64,000 bases of DNA, taken from the human T2T-CHM13v2.0 reference genome, Homo sapiens. The number at the start of each line of letters is the position of its first letter. Position 1 is the first letter of the stretch. Positions 49,016-64,000 of this stretch are shown here, piece by piece. The notes beneath the pieces were generated by a model. That model was not told the origin of the DNA. It ran no database searches and worked only from the letters and a program-made list of their open reading frames with translations. Location of the stretch: assembly GCF_009914755.1 (NCBI RefSeq), contig NC_060939.1. One strand, written 5' to 3'. A program made the translations under genes and the position numbers.

Positions 49016-49736
49016 ATACAGCAGGTAGAAAAATGTGTTTCCTTCTGTAGGTCCAAAACCAGGGATACTATATGTTCTGTCTCTATATGAAACAATGACG
49101 TGCAATTAAAAGACATAAATCTCCTTCCTGCTCCCACCTTCCAGCCAATGAGTTTTATTTTTATGAGTTAAATAAGAAAACAATCAGAGATTTCGTCTAA
49201 ATCGCATATTTACAGGTATCAGTTCTCATCCAGCCTGATCTTATCCAATATCATTTATATTCTCTTACATGTGAAGTTTTAGAGAAGGATCTTCACAATG
49301 TAAGACTCAGGCACACTAGGAGTTCTGTAATAAAACACCAAGTAGATCAGAATGTCCAAACTTACTGGAGAAGAAAAGTGGAATCATTGGCTATATTTTC
49401 AAATGGCAATAAACAGGAAATTAAAGTTTTGAATTTTTTTTCACCTTCATCCTTCCACGTTAATAGAATTAAGCCAAAATACTTGTCTTCCAAAGCCTCT
49501 AGCCAGGCAAAATTTTACTATATTACTTCTTGCTTTTCAATGGCTATAAAGCAGACTCCTGGTAGGCACATTTGGTATACCTGCAAAGATGAAGAACTAA
49601 ACAGTTCCATCTGTTCAATACTGAAACAAAAGTCCTGCCAACCTCGGATGGTGAGTGTAATACTTCAGCACTAGCACCAAAGCCTCAAATATGAAAAGAT
49701 ACCAAGAACACCACTAGCAAACAAAACTAAACTCTC

Positions 49737-49890
49737 GGCTGGGAGCTCTAGTTCATGCCGTAATCCCAGCACTTTGGCAAGCAAAGGTGGGAGGATTACT
49801 TGAAGCCAGGAATTCAAGACCAGCCTTGGCAGCATAGTGAATTCACACCTCTACAGAAAGTTTTTAAAATTAGCTGGGTGTGGCAGCACA
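49737..49890 (+). mobile_element. Old Alu fragment (AluJ/FLAM)
   Basis: Diverged left monomer. Confidence 0.75.
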
Positions 49891-50169
49891 CTTCCCGGGG
49901 CTGCTGTGCCATTGCTGGAAACTTCTCTATGGAGAGTACCAAGTACTTCTACCTGTAGCATTTTCCCTGGCTGGAATCCTGCAATTATCACAGTAGCCTG
50001 AGATCCAAGAAGGCAGGGCAGGAGCATCCTGTCCCCTTCCCAGCAGGTGCAAGGGAGGCTGGGGGGTGAGGCACAAGCCAGTGGGAGGGTGAGGAGCAGG
50101 AGGGATGCATGGTGAGCCTCTGTTGACTGCTTGCTGCCTCAGCTGGAAGGTCAGGACCCAATGTCTATT

Positions 50170-50360
50170 ACAGGTTAAATTACAGAAGTATTTCAGATTT
50201 TGGATTTTTTTCAGATTTTGGAATTCGAAAATCTGAAATCCAAAATGCTCCAATGAGCATTTCCTTTGAATCTGGCCTTCGAACATCATGTCGGCACTCA
50301 AACAGTTTTGGATTTTGAAGCATTTCAGATTTTGGATTTTCAGATGAGGGATGCTGTATT
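50170..50360. mobile_element. Tigger4a/MER46-like fragment
   Basis: Same family as 9903-10138 (aatgctccaatgagcatttcctttga). Confidence 0.75.
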
Positions 50361-51257
50361 ATCTTCTGAATGAGGCCACTCATTCAGGAAAGCCCAGAGC
50401 TTGGGGACGTGGAGCTGCAGACCAAAGAGGTGATTTCTGTAGTGGCTTTCAGTGCGGAAGGGCCCACAAAGCGGTTTAAAGCAAGCCACAAAATAGGAAA
50501 CCCAATATTTAGCTAATGGAACTCTGATAAAACCTGCTCAAGATGTCTGTCTCTACTAATTCAGATGGAGCCAAGCCAAAGCATCATTATTATTTTAAAA
50601 AGGCACCAATCCCTCTGCAAAAGCACTGAATTATATCATGATACAATCATCAATTGTACCATGAATCACCATCAGCGGTGGTCTTTTAGGGATATGAAGA
50701 AGGGGTTTTCACAATACATCGCATGACACACCATCTTCCAAATCTCTAAACATTTCTCTCCACAGCCCAGTCCTCTCCATAGTTGTCCAAATCCCTCCCT
50801 CTTTTCTCTTGTTGTCTCCAAAACTCAAAACCATGCTCTGACTTTCTATATCCTGCCCTCCCCTTCTAGGACCACGTGGGAAGTCCCCTGCTTCCCCAGG
50901 GTGTCCCCTCCTCCCCTTCTGGGATCAGTCATCTTTCCTCAAATGGACCAGTTCGGCCTCTCTTAGTTTCTCCAACTCTGCATCTCAACCTTTCTCCCTT
51001 CACTACACAATAATGTCCAGGAGGCAAAGAGCCCACAAACCTGGGAACCTCCCTTTCCAGAAGGGAGGAGAGAGGTGACTACAAATATTTGGTTATGATT
51101 TTCTTCCCTGCCACGCCTGTTTTCATGGGCAGTGCTGAGCCCCAGTCCTGGCAGAGCTCAGAACCAGGCTCTCATGAGCTGGGGCAAGTGGGGCCTAGGG
51201 AACCTCTGGGTTGAGGACCTTGCACCCCACTCTGCAGCTGCCCTGCTGATTTGGCTC

Positions 51258-51474
51258 ATGCAACCTCTCCTCCTGGGCTCAAGCGATCCTTCTACATCGG
51301 TCTCCCAAGTAGCTGGGATTTGGGCTACCACGTTTGGCTAATTTTTGTATCTTTTAGTACAGATGGGGTTTCACCTGTAGCCCAGGCTGGTCTCGAACTC
51401 CTGGGCTCTAGTGATCTACCCTCCTCAGCCTCCCAAAGTGCTGGGATTACAGGTGTGAGCCACTGCGCCCGGCC
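51258..51474 (-). mobile_element. Alu (partial, J-like)
   Basis: Reverse Alu. Confidence 0.85.
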
Positions 51475-51621
51475 TTGTGCCAGCTTTTAAATATCAACAA
51501 GGACAGATTAGAGAACAGTGGAAGAGGGTGAGCAGCATGATGAGGTGATACAGAAATAATTTCACATGAAGAACTGGGCATGCTTGGCCTTTTTTTTTTT
51601 TTTTTTTTTTTTAAGCCATTC

Positions 51622-51971
<350 letters not shown>

Positions 51972-53059
51972 TCAACACGAGGTTAGGAGCATTTCTGAGA
52001 TTTGGAGCTATTCAACCATGGAAGTTCCTGGCACATACATCAGGTATTCACAATACCCTTTCTCAGGTGTTTGGTCACTGCTAGTGAGCCTGCCTGGATC
52101 AGTGTTTCCCAAATGGCAGTCATTTGCATCTTTGCATTTTTTTTGGGGGGTGGGGGGGTTGTGGGGGTATATTCCATACCAGATTTTTAAAAAATTGACA
52201 TTAAAAATACATGTATAAAATGTGTAAAGTGCACTAATCTAAAGTGCACTGGATGTATTTTTTATTGATGTACATACTTTTGTTATCCATCACCCAGGTC
52301 AAAATACAGAATCAGCACCACAGAGGGTTCCCTCCTCCTCCTTCCCAGCCAATAATCTTCTCCTCCTACCTAACCAACTGTTCTTACTTCAAGCACTGTC
52401 AACTAGTATTTTACATTCTTGAACTGCATATAAAGTGTCTCAAGTTTCACTTAACACTTTTCTTGAAATACACTTGTTTTTTGCCACTTTTTATTTGACC
52501 TAAGAAGTAACATTAATGAAACAATGATTTGACGTGATAGGCATTTCCCTCCTAATGAGCACTAAAACACTTAACTATTTGAAAAAAGAAGTTTCTCCGT
52601 GTACCAACTAATATATTCTCCTCGGCCGCCGTTGGTACACGGACCACATTTTGTTTCTCAAAGCAATCCGATGATTTCTGAGGTCCTTTGCAGCTTGAAC
52701 ACGGAACGACTGTGGTGATCGAGTAGCCAAAAGTTCACGGAATGCACTGTCACAATTGTGATTCCGCCATAGCGCCGTGCATCCATCCAACACTTGTTTA
52801 ATACCTATATTTAATACCTAATACCTTAGACTGTCCTAGGCTGTGGACACACAAGACTAAACCCCACTTCCTGAGTTGAAGTGGGGGAAATAGAGGAGTA
52901 AATCATTTCACGATGTGTGGTTAAATGCTACAGCTCAGGTAACCACGAGCACACAGAGAAAGGGCAGTTTCTAGAAACAGGGCGGAGAGGAGACCGTGAG
53001 TGGGCATTTCCCAGAGCAGTCTCTGCCAGCCACCCTGCTGTGATCACTTTGCCACAGAG

Positions 53060-54085
53060 CAGCCCCGGCGGTCAACCTCAGCCTCCCTTAGCAACCTGAG
53101 CGCCCCGCCCAGGTGCCTTACTATTGGTCTCGTGGAGCGGGATGGGCAGCTCTGCCGTGCAATCCCAGCTCGCAGCCCTTGCTCCGCGTGTACTCACGGG
53201 AGGACTCGCAGACGTTACTGCCCTCTTGCGTGCCCCGGCCACCCCCGGGCGGCTTGTAGCCGGTGCGCGGGGTGGCTGGGGCTACGTGCAGAGCTGTCGC
53301 GGAGCCGGAGCAGCAGCGGTGAAGGCCCTCGGCTCGGCCGAGACCGCCGTGCCCATTGCTCGCCTCGGTTGCCGCCGCTTTAGCCGCAGCCGCTGCTGCC
53401 GCCGCCGGGGGAGAGGCAGCCTATTGTCTTTCTCCGCGGCGAAGGTGAGGAGCTGTCTCGGCTCGGCCCGCGGGGGAGCCCCGGGAGCCGCACGGTGAGA
53501 GCGCAACTTAGTTGGCGGAGTTGGGGGAAGTTTTGTGATTTGAGGAGGGGTCGGGGTGCGGAGCGCGGCCCGTCCCCTGCGGCCGCTCGGTGGGGCGGGC
53601 CCCAGAGGAGGGTCGGGGGCTGCGCGGGGCTTCAGGGGCGGGCGGCACGGATGGGTAGCCGGGCGGCGCGGGGACCTCAGCTTTGCGGACCCCTCCTCCC
53701 TGCGCATCACCCTTCTCCCGCATTGTCTGCTTGGGGCTCGGCGCGCCTCCCACTCCGCAGCCCAACTTGGGGGCCGTCGCCGCTTTCCGGATGGGGGGCG
53801 CGCCCGGCGGCGGATGGCCCCGAACCCTTGCCCCGGGTCCCCGGGTTGGCGCCGCTGGGGCGGACTCACTCCTCCCCTGGGGCGGGCGGCCGCGGTGTGG
53901 AGTCCGCGCCGCGAACAAGTGCTGCGGGCGCGAGGGAGCGGTTCCCCGGGGCCGACGCGGACGGTAAACCTGTCCGGCGGCGCCCGCCTGCTGGGGCCTC
54001 TCCGCTGTTTCTCGCGGGCGCGGCCCGGCTGAAACTGCGACCGTCGGAGGCGAGCGGCCCTCTGGGACCCGTGCAGCCGGTCCAC
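53060..54085. promoter_or_regulatory. CpG island promoter
   Basis: ~1 kb of very high GC and CpG density with sharp boundaries. Confidence 0.92.
53200..53444 (+). pseudogene. UBE2Q2P2: Non-coding first exon of a transcribed pseudogene/lncRNA, probably UBE2Q2P2; start approximate
   Basis: 5'UTR-like gcc/gct repeats ending in strong donor GAAG|gtgagg; no UBE2Q2 coding sequence recognised in the window, so the name comes from locus context only. Confidence 0.5.
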
Positions 54086-55681
54086 CTTGCAGCTATACTT
54101 TGAGACTAAACAATTTTTTTTTTTTTGCAAAGGCAAACCGGTATGTGAAGTTGAAAAAATCAAAAACCCTCAAATTTTCCTTCTTTTTTTTTTTTTTTTT
54201 TTAAATCAAGAAAGGGGGTAGATAGGTTTGTTTTGTTTTGGAAATAGTTTTTATAGCAGAGTGATACCGTCACATTTAATGATCCTACTGTGAATTCAAG
54301 AATTCACGATGAAAGTTGGATTGAGCGGTATTTTGGTGTTCATTCTTTGCTGATACTCATTAATGAAGTTAGTTGGAGAATTTATTGCTTCAGTACAGTA
54401 AAAACCAGTGTGCCTTTTTTTTTGTTACTACTCCCCCCTCCCCGCATTGTTTTATTTTTCGAAGAAGCACTTTATTCAGTTTTTCTAAGCCACGGGATTG
54501 CCCAGATGAGGACCAACGGTGCAGTTCTTGAAAGGTCATTATTGGCAAGTTTGTGAGGGAGCTAAGATGAGTTGAGATAAACCAGTGTTACTGTTCTTGT
54601 ATTCTGTCGTGGACTCTTGGGGATTTGCAGGCTGCATTAAGTACAAGTCTGGTCCAGTTTTGGGTGCACGTATTCCACTGAATTTGGTTCGTCTGGCTTA
54701 TTATATGAACATGATTCTGTTTCACTTCCCCAGATGGAACTAGCTTAAATGTCTATCATTTATAGTGACAAATGATCAAAATGGCTAGAGTGTCATTTAT
54801 TAACTTCAGTTGTAGTCCTTTACCTTACCTTCTGCTAAATGAAAAAGAAAAATTTGACAAATACTGTGTGCGTCATTTTGCTCTGAGTGATTTCTCGTGC
54901 TAAGTGAGTCCTGTGGAGAAGCGTTCCTGGGCTTTTCTGGTTTGGTGGGCCTTGTGTTATAAAACCAATTTTCTTCACCTGATGAAGCTAAAGACAAATT
55001 TTCTTCAGGCACAGGCATTGCCCTTTTAAACTACAGAGCCACTTGTAGGATTCACAATACTCACTCAATGGCTTCCCTTCCTGGCAGTGTGGTTTTGTGT
55101 GTGTGTGTGATTGTGGGGAAGGAGGCTGACAGAGGTTGGAAGGGATTGTCAGGGAGGGACATCATGTAAGCAAGTACTAACAACATAACGTGACGAGGGC
55201 ACCAGTTGCTTTCCTTCTGTGGGCGGTGATGGCATGTTATACTGTAGGTACTATTGTTGTAGGATTTCTCACAGTTCGTTTGCCTTGACTAAATGGTAAC
55301 TGCACACATACTATACTATAAATGGACTCCTCCTCTAGTCCTTTAACTCCTTGAGGGCTGTGATAGACCTTATTTAACTTTGTATCCTCTTTGCCAGTGG
55401 TCTTAACATAGTGCAGGCACGGTATGTGTTTGAATTGGGTAAATTACTTTTACTGCCTAGTGGTAGCTGGTGTACACAGGAGAGGGCCACCAACTCTGGG
55501 GACTTGTCCAAAATGACAGTTCACTTGCAGATCTCTGATGAAATTTACTTTAAAAGGATTTCTAACCTTTTTTTTAATCTGTCGGTTATTTTTTGAAAAG
55601 AAGTGGGGCTTAACTAGTGCTCTAAGGATTTTAACAAGAGATTCCGATTTAGAAATCTGTCCCCCCTTTTGGTGAAATTCT

Positions 55682-55802
55682 TATTTTTTTTAGAGTCAGA
55701 ATCTTCACTGTTGCCCAGTTGTCTCCCCGGGACCCAAGCCGTCTTCCCACCTCAGCCTCCCACAGTACTGGAATTACAGGCGTGAGCCACCCCACCCAGC
55801 TG
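55682..55802 (-). mobile_element. Alu monomer (FLAM-like)
   Basis: Short reverse Alu. Confidence 0.75.
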
Positions 55803-56680
55803 GTGAAATTATTAAAATTGTAGTGAAAACTCTGCCTCCATTGTGAAATTGGAAAAAAATTAGAAATTTTAGAAAAAAGTACGCCCTTTGGAGCTAGGTA
55901 GAGTTCAGATCCCCACATTTCCATTGAGTAGTTGCATAGCCTCTCAGAGCTTCAGCTTCCTACTCCTTAAGGGTTAGTAACATGCTTTGCAGTGTTGTTA
56001 GGAATCAGTGAAACTGTGTGAGATACTTAACTGCAGTATCTAACATGGAGTAGGTAGCTATTTCCTGGTAGCTGTAATGATAATAATTTTGATACGTTTT
56101 TACATGACTTAAGCATTCTGAAAAGTCTGATGCTTCTGAGTATGGAGGCTTAGCTATTTCTTTCATAAAGAAGGGGCCCTGAGACTTGTGAGTCTTATCC
56201 AAATGCATTTCTTCAAAGGTGTCAGATGAACTGAAGGATAATGGAAACAATAGCAAATTTATCTTCTCAGTCACCTGTGAGTCTTCCTTTGAGAGTGGGA
56301 CTTGCAGAGTACTTGGTAGGGTAGAGCTCTTTGTGACTATGCTATTTAGGAAATGGTGAGAGATGGATTGTTTTCAGTACATCAGTCATAAGAGGATATG
56401 AGTGAGTTCCAACTTTCCTTATTTTACCTTAGTCTTGACAAATAACAAGTATGGATTATGTCTGTATTTCTCCGACTTGTTTAAGGTAGAACTGGACTGG
56501 GTGTTAACAGTGTTAGTTCAGTAGAGACATGAGCAAATCACTCACTTCCCCTTCAAGATAACACTTTAAAGGTGCCACCATTTGCAGAAGAAAGCAGTGA
56601 TTTAAAGCAGCTATACTAGCACAGTTTAGAATACTTACACTAGCTGATGGAGTAGATACATTCTAGAAATATTTACCTGT

Positions 56681-56914
56681 AGTGGGAGTTGAACAGTGAG
56701 AACACACGGACACAGGGAGGGGGGAACATCACACACTGGGGCCTGTTGGGGGTTGGGGGGCTAGGGGAGGGATAGCATTAGGAGAAATACCTAGTGTAGA
56801 TGACGAGTTGATGGGTGCAGCAAACCACCATGGCACGTGTGTACCTATGCAACAAACCTGCACGTTCTGCACATATACCCCAGAACTTAAAGTATAATAA
56901 TAAGAAAGAAAAAT
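56681..56914 (+). mobile_element. 5'-truncated L1PA 3' end
   Basis: L1PA 3'UTR (gatagcattaggagaaatacct...aacttaaagtataataa); perfect 14-bp TSD aaatatttacctgt at 56667 and 56915. Confidence 0.93.
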
Positions 56915-57102
56915 AAATATTTACCTGTTAAGGACATTTCTGTGTATTTTATTCCATCTTTCCAATAGTTTTCTTATGAAGAGATTATAGTAAACCTTTG
57001 AACTTAACAGATTGAGGGTAAACCTTTAAAAAATATATTTGGTCACACTTACAGACTGAGGGTAAAAACATTCCTGACAAAGCTAGGCGAAGACACTTGG
57101 AC

Positions 57103-57391
57103 TTTTTTTTTTTTTTGAGACGGAGTCTCGCTCTGTCACCCAGGCTGGAGTGCAGTAGCACGATCTTGGCTCACTGCAACCTCTGCTTCCCCGGTTGAAG
57201 CGAATCTTCTGCCTCTCCCGAGTAGCTGGGACTACAGGCACACGCCACCATGCGTGACTAATTTTTTATTTTTAGTAGAGATGGGGTTTCACCATATTGA
57301 CCAGGCTGGTCTTGAACTCCTGACCTTGTGATCCACCCGCCTCAGCCTCCTAAAGTGCTGGGATTACAGGCATGAGCCACTGCACCCGGCT
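57103..57391 (-). mobile_element. Alu
   Basis: Reverse Alu; TSD acttggactttt. Confidence 0.92.
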
Positions 57392-57491
57392 GAAACTTGG
57401 ACTTTTGATGTTTCCTTCTTTTAAAGTTAACATCTAGCACTTGAATAGACTTGGTTATTACTGATGGGGACAGGCATCCATTTGGAAGTAG

Positions 57492-57886
<395 letters not shown>

Positions 57887-57889
57887 GTG

Positions 57890-58140
57890 TCCCACTCAGT
57901 TGCCCAGGCTGAAACGCAGTGGCAGGATCACTGCTCACTGCAGCCTTGAACCAAGCGATTATCCCACCTCAGCCTCCCAAGTAGCTGGGATCACATGCAT
58001 GCACCGCCATGCCTGGCTAATTTTTTTATTTTTGTAGAGACAGGGTCTCTCTATGTTGCCCAGCCTGGTCTCAAACTCCCGGGATGAAGCAATCCTCCCA
58101 CCATGGTCTCCCAAAGTGTAGGGCTTACAGGCGTGAGAGC
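57890..58140 (-). mobile_element. AluJ
   Basis: Diverged reverse Alu directly abutting the previous Alu. Confidence 0.82.
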
Positions 58141-58493
58141 CTGCTGGGGTTTTTGATTGACATTGCATTGAAACTGGAAATCAGTTAGGAGGCAACTGAC
58201 ATTTTAATAATGAGCCATGAACATGGTATATCTATTTATTTAGACCTTCTTAGATTTTTCGTCAGTGTTTTGTAGTTTTTAGCAGTTGGATCTTGCTTGT
58301 ATTTTGAAATCTTACACATTTATTTCATGTTTGTGGTACTGTTGTGAATGATACTTCTCAATTTCCAGTTGGTGATTGCTAGTATATAGGAAGGTGATTT
58401 TATGTTATATGCTGACCTTGGATTCTACAACCTTGCTAAACTCATTTTTAGTACTAGAAGCTTTTTTGTAGATTTTTGGAATTTTGTGCATAG

Positions 58494-58857
<364 letters not shown>

Positions 58858-58907
58858 AAGAGGACACAGTTTCTTTGGCTTATTAAGAGGTATTTGGTTA
58901 GTGTTAG

Positions 58908-59070
58908 ACCGGGGGTTGGTACATTATAGCTTGCTGACTGGATGTACCATGCTGCCTCTTTTTATAAATGAAGTTTTATTGGAACACAGCCACACCCATT
59001 CATTTACATATTGTTTAACAGAGACCATATGACCTACAGACCCTAAAATATTTACCACTTTGCGCTTCGC
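58908..59070. mobile_element. MER58A-like element
   Basis: gttttattggaacacagccacacccattcatttacatattg...aaaatatttac. Confidence 0.7.
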
Positions 59071-61307
59071 AGGCATTTTGCTGGCTACTGCTGTGGACAC
59101 CAATTTTAATTTAGGTAGATAAACTTTTTTGTAGCTTCTGAGGTTTTGCATTAATTTGCTCAGGCATATAGGTTGGTGGAAGTGCTTTCTGTTCCTTCTC
59201 CCAAACCAATCACACAGCCATATAACTTCATGCCTGAGTTTCTGTGTGGTCCTCTATAGTGAGTGAGTTTTTACATACTTCTTTGCAGCAGCATGAATTT
59301 CAAAAATCTCAACGCTTTTGCTCTTGCTAATCTTTGTAAACTTTGTACACCCAGTGCTGGTACATTCTGATGATAGTGCCCACACTGCACTCTATGAAGA
59401 AAAGACTGATGATTGTTTATATTAAAATGCAGGAAGAGAATTGTAGCGGCAACTTTTGCTTCTCTAATCAGCAGCATCATAAGAGACTTACTATGTGTGG
59501 GCAATGGGGGAGAACGTTAATTTATACATTGAGATAGTTGTATTAAAATTGAGTGACTCTTACTGTGACATAAAGTGAATGTGTCTCTTATACAGCAGAA
59601 AACTATTAAATTTGTTTTTTCTCAGCAGTATAAAATAAAGTGGAAAATGTGGGAAGAACACAAATCCTTAACTTCTGTGCTTCTGCTTATTTCACACCCC
59701 TCAAATTTCTGATTCCTTTCAACTGTAGCTGGCTTTACTACTGAGTGGTGAAATTGCTGAACATACTTAAAACTACATCATTTAAGACTTTGAATTTTGA
59801 CATCTCCTCCTCTTCACAGTCTTTCAAATACTAGGCAACCTGTAGGGTTCCACTGTGTCTGTCATGTGTTGTCCCTGTGTTACATGAAAGCAGCCCCAGT
59901 GAACTTGTGAATTTGCTCAGTCATTTCACTGGCTACTGGGTGAGGAAGAAGTAGGATTTTCTCTCTTAAAATTCCTTGGTGAAATCATTGGATGGGCACG
60001 GTGTGTTTCTTTAATTTTCCTTTTGGTCAAAAATCTGACAAAGCAAAGACTTTCAGTTCTTGGTCTTTCAATAGGTTTAGTTTTTAAGTGTGTCTACTCT
60101 GACCAAAAATTGCCTTCCTGTAATATGCTCCTTCCTTTAGAACACAGTTCTTAAGTAGAGTTTGTTTGTTTAAATGTATAAAAATAAGTTAATGCATTCT
60201 ATGCAGCGAGGTTTTGCATCAGAACCCTGAGTTCTCAATGTGGCAGGTTTAAGTGTCTAGAACACCTTTTACCTGTTTTTTCTATTACTTGCTTTTTTAT
60301 TTTTGGGGTAAATGATATCTTTCTCAGGGAGGCCTTCCCTCAGCACCATGTTTAAGAGGGCATCTCCCTCATTTGCTATTCCTTCTTCTGTTTTATTTTG
60401 CTATATGGAATTTGCTACTATGTGAAAACTATTTTAATGTTTTATTTACCTGTGTTACCCCTAGAATAATATCTATGAAGGTAGGGATTTTTATCTGTTC
60501 CTTCTGTGCCTACAGAGTGTTGAGGAGTATGGTGTCTGGCACGTTGTAGGTGCACAGTGACAGCTGAATTAATAACGTCAGGGAGAGTTTGTAGGATGGG
60601 GCTCAAGGTGTAGGGCAAGTCAGTTTTTAGATTTGAGGTTATTAGCAGGAGACGATGTGGGGGGAAAACACATGTTTTAATGTCAGACTGGGTTTGAATC
60701 TGGTCTCTCCAACTTACCCTTTGACCTTGGTGTTAAATAATTTAACCTTTGAAAGATCAACTTTTTCACTAGTGAAACGGGAAATAGTATCTTTTTAATG
60801 GGGATTAAATGTAATATCAAATATAATGCTCTGTAAATGTTAGTTTTGTCTTTCCCCTTGTGTGCCAGCATTGTGGAAGTCTGAAAGCAACCTGAATTTA
60901 CCAGTCTGTTTCTGGAGCCTTCTGGGGTCATTACTTTGATTACTTTTGACAGATACATTCTTTTCAGCAGCCTGCATTGCCAGCATAACAATGACCTGTC
61001 CCTTTGACCAGTGTGGGGGACAGACACTTTGTCATCCCTCTTTTAATCCGTGTATCAGAACAACTCCTACAAGTTCTGGCTTTGAAACATGTTTAGAGGA
61101 GTTTATAATTCCGAACAGTTCAGATGACATCAGCCCTTTCTTAGAGTCCTCTGAGTTTGCTCAGCTTCCTCATTCCAGTGTGGCGGGAACCATTCAGTTA
61201 AATTGATGTTTGTGGTCTTTACACATAGTCATCCTAAGTTTCTTGCAAATCATGAGCTATCAGAGGGCTACTAAGTCACTAGTTTGTCTCTGTAGATTTC
61301 TCTAATC

Positions 61308-61830
<523 letters not shown>

Positions 61831-64000
61831 CTTTAAGTTTTATGGATTAACAAGGGGTTAATTCCTGTATCAGTTTCACTGATGTTTCTTCTGCTTGATG
61901 CAGGAACACTTGACAAGTTAGTTAAGGTAGATTGGTCCATAAATTTATAGGTTCTTTCATTCCCATGTCCTAGGCAAGTCTGAGCAGGACCTGGAAAGCT
62001 GATTAAAAGGCCAGTGAGCACAGTGAGCTTAATTGTAAATTAAATGGATATTTAATACATTAAGAAGGCACTCAAGCCTTTCAATCTTTCATTTTCATCC
62101 ATGCTTGCTATTTGAATCTGATGGGCTTGATATTGACCTTGTTCTTCTTGTAAAAATGTTGGTTATTGCTGCCTTTCTCAAGCTTGGTTTTCAGTGTGGA
62201 TTTCTGCAGATAATTTTTGCACCTAAAAGTACAAAGTCATTAAGTGAAGGCAGTCAGGAAGGAAAGAGTGCCCTGAGCCAGGAGGTCTGTTACAGCACAT
62301 GGGGTGGGCAAGAAAATGAATGGACATGGGCATGGAGGTGGTTCAGTCAGTGTGGGAAGGCCACCTGCTTGTCAGCTTTCTACTGCGTTGTCCAGCAGAA
62401 CACGTTGAAGCTTGGGGCCTGCAACTCGTGTAGAGATGATTGCATTTAGGAGGCTGAGGTAGATTTTTTCCCTCTTAAGTGTGTGCTCACTGCTTTTTGG
62501 CGAAGTCTTGACCCGAGACATACACAGCTTGATCTGTGAGGATTTTAACATCGAGATGGTTCTGTTATTTGAGTTAGGCATGGCTAGGCTACCAAGGCAT
62601 TGCTTTTCAGTCCAAACATTTGGTCATTTCAATTTATTGTTAGTGAGGTTTTTGCGATTTGTTAGAACACAGAGTTTGGGATTTTGTCTGTTTTTTGCAT
62701 GTGTGAACGACACTTGATATTGTTGTTTATATTGCTGGTTAGTATGTGCCTTCATTTACCTATTGTGAGTAAGAAACTTCCTCAGATCAAATTATAGTGA
62801 AGTCGCTTGGTTCTGTTTCTCTGACTCTTAAGAGGATGAGATCACTTTATACACAAACTCAAGCTGTTTGGTAAAGGACCTACCATTCTGAGCATTCATA
62901 GCCTAGATGAAGTCCTGGTCCAATCACCAAGTTAAACTTTTAAAAAACATGCTGTTCTTAATGTTCAGGAATTCAACCCTGGAAGCCTTCTCTAAATCTT
63001 AATGAGAGTTTTATGAGAATTCATTTAGTGAAAATATCTATCAGGGAATCCGGCTATTAACTTTGAGGAGGGTCATGCCTTTTAGTGGTTAGAGAGGCAA
63101 GCTGTAGCCTCCCTTCTCAGAGAAGGGGAATTGAGGAAGAGGGTTCTAGTGGTCCCTTGCAATCCTCCCCTCACTTTCCAGGTTCCCTAGTAAGACCGGA
63201 AGAAGTCCCTGAGTAAACAGCATTTTGTGAGTTTGAGGGACTATGTAAAAATGTAAGTGAACATACAATGGTTTTGCTTTGATAACTGTTTTAAATATCC
63301 TGTTGGTTGTTGAAACTTCTGTGACGGTGAAGCCTTTTTTGTCTTTATTTTTCAATCGGAAGATCTTTCTTCCCCACTTGAAAAGATTGAGTCTGGGGTC
63401 AATCCCTGACCCCGCTTCCTTCCTAAATCTCTTAGTGTATAGCATACAGCTGGGCATATGGTAATCTCAGGCACGGGATTGTACTCATAGAGCTATGCTT
63501 GACACCTAGGTCTTTAGATGGCTTCTATATTTTTGATGACAACTTTTAATTTTATTCTCATTTATTCCATTTCTGTTTCAGTGTCCTGGGTCATGAAACT
63601 TAATCCACAACAAGCTCCCTTATATGCGAGTAAATCATACGATTTCTTTTCATTTTGTATTTATTTGTTCTGTTTACTTGTTATAATAAGCCACACTCTC
63701 ACATGATAGATCCTCAAGGAAAATTTTAACCATATGTGCATGAATATATTGGTGTAAGACACTTCAGAAATTGAGTTTGATTTAGTAAGTACTAAATGGC
63801 TAATCTGTGCATGGAACTGAAAACAAATAATACCTGTAAGACTTGAGAGTTAATTTAGTCAGGGCGATAGTATGCACGTATGAAACAAATTGTCCTGCCA
63901 AACAGTACTGTAGCTTCTTATTTTTTACCTGCAGTGCATTCCTGTAAAAGTAGTGTGGAGATCCTCCTACTGCCACTGTGATTTACGTTATGTTGCCACT

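Noticed and set aside
53282-54163. Long Arg/Pro/Gly-rich ORFs on both strands
   Set aside because: Typical stop-poor CpG-island artefacts.

Overview
Human (primate) genomic DNA from a chromosome-15 GOLGA 'core duplicon' segmental duplication, most likely 15q25.2 (ADAMTS7P1 - DNM1 pseudogene fragment - GOLGA6L10 - UBE2Q2P2 promoter; paralog numbers rest on gene order and protein length, not on a search). Layout: (1) an unprocessed ADAMTS7 pseudogene on + (20 exons equivalent to ADAMTS7 exons 5-24, 2441-32521) with frameshifts and nonsense codons; (2) the last exon and 3'UTR of a DNM1 pseudogene on + (~35.9 kb); (3) an intact 9-exon GOLGA6L gene on - (522 codons, with a 21-bp coding VNTR); (4) a CpG-island promoter and non-coding first exon on + (~53.1-54.1 kb) followed by a repeat-rich intron. 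I see no new gene system. The most interesting signals are local templated copy-paste events: a perfect 40-bp inverted copy of downstream intron that replaces the ADAMTS zinc-binding HExxH codons, a 320-bp composite built from two downstream segments, and a 52-bp exon-6 copy inside the GOLGA6L last exon. In addition, the GOLGA6L C-terminus is rebuilt through cryptic splice sites and shifted frames yet returns to the GM130-type terminal motif. Comparisons with ADAMTS7, GOLGA2 and DNM1 are from recalled sequences and need alignment.
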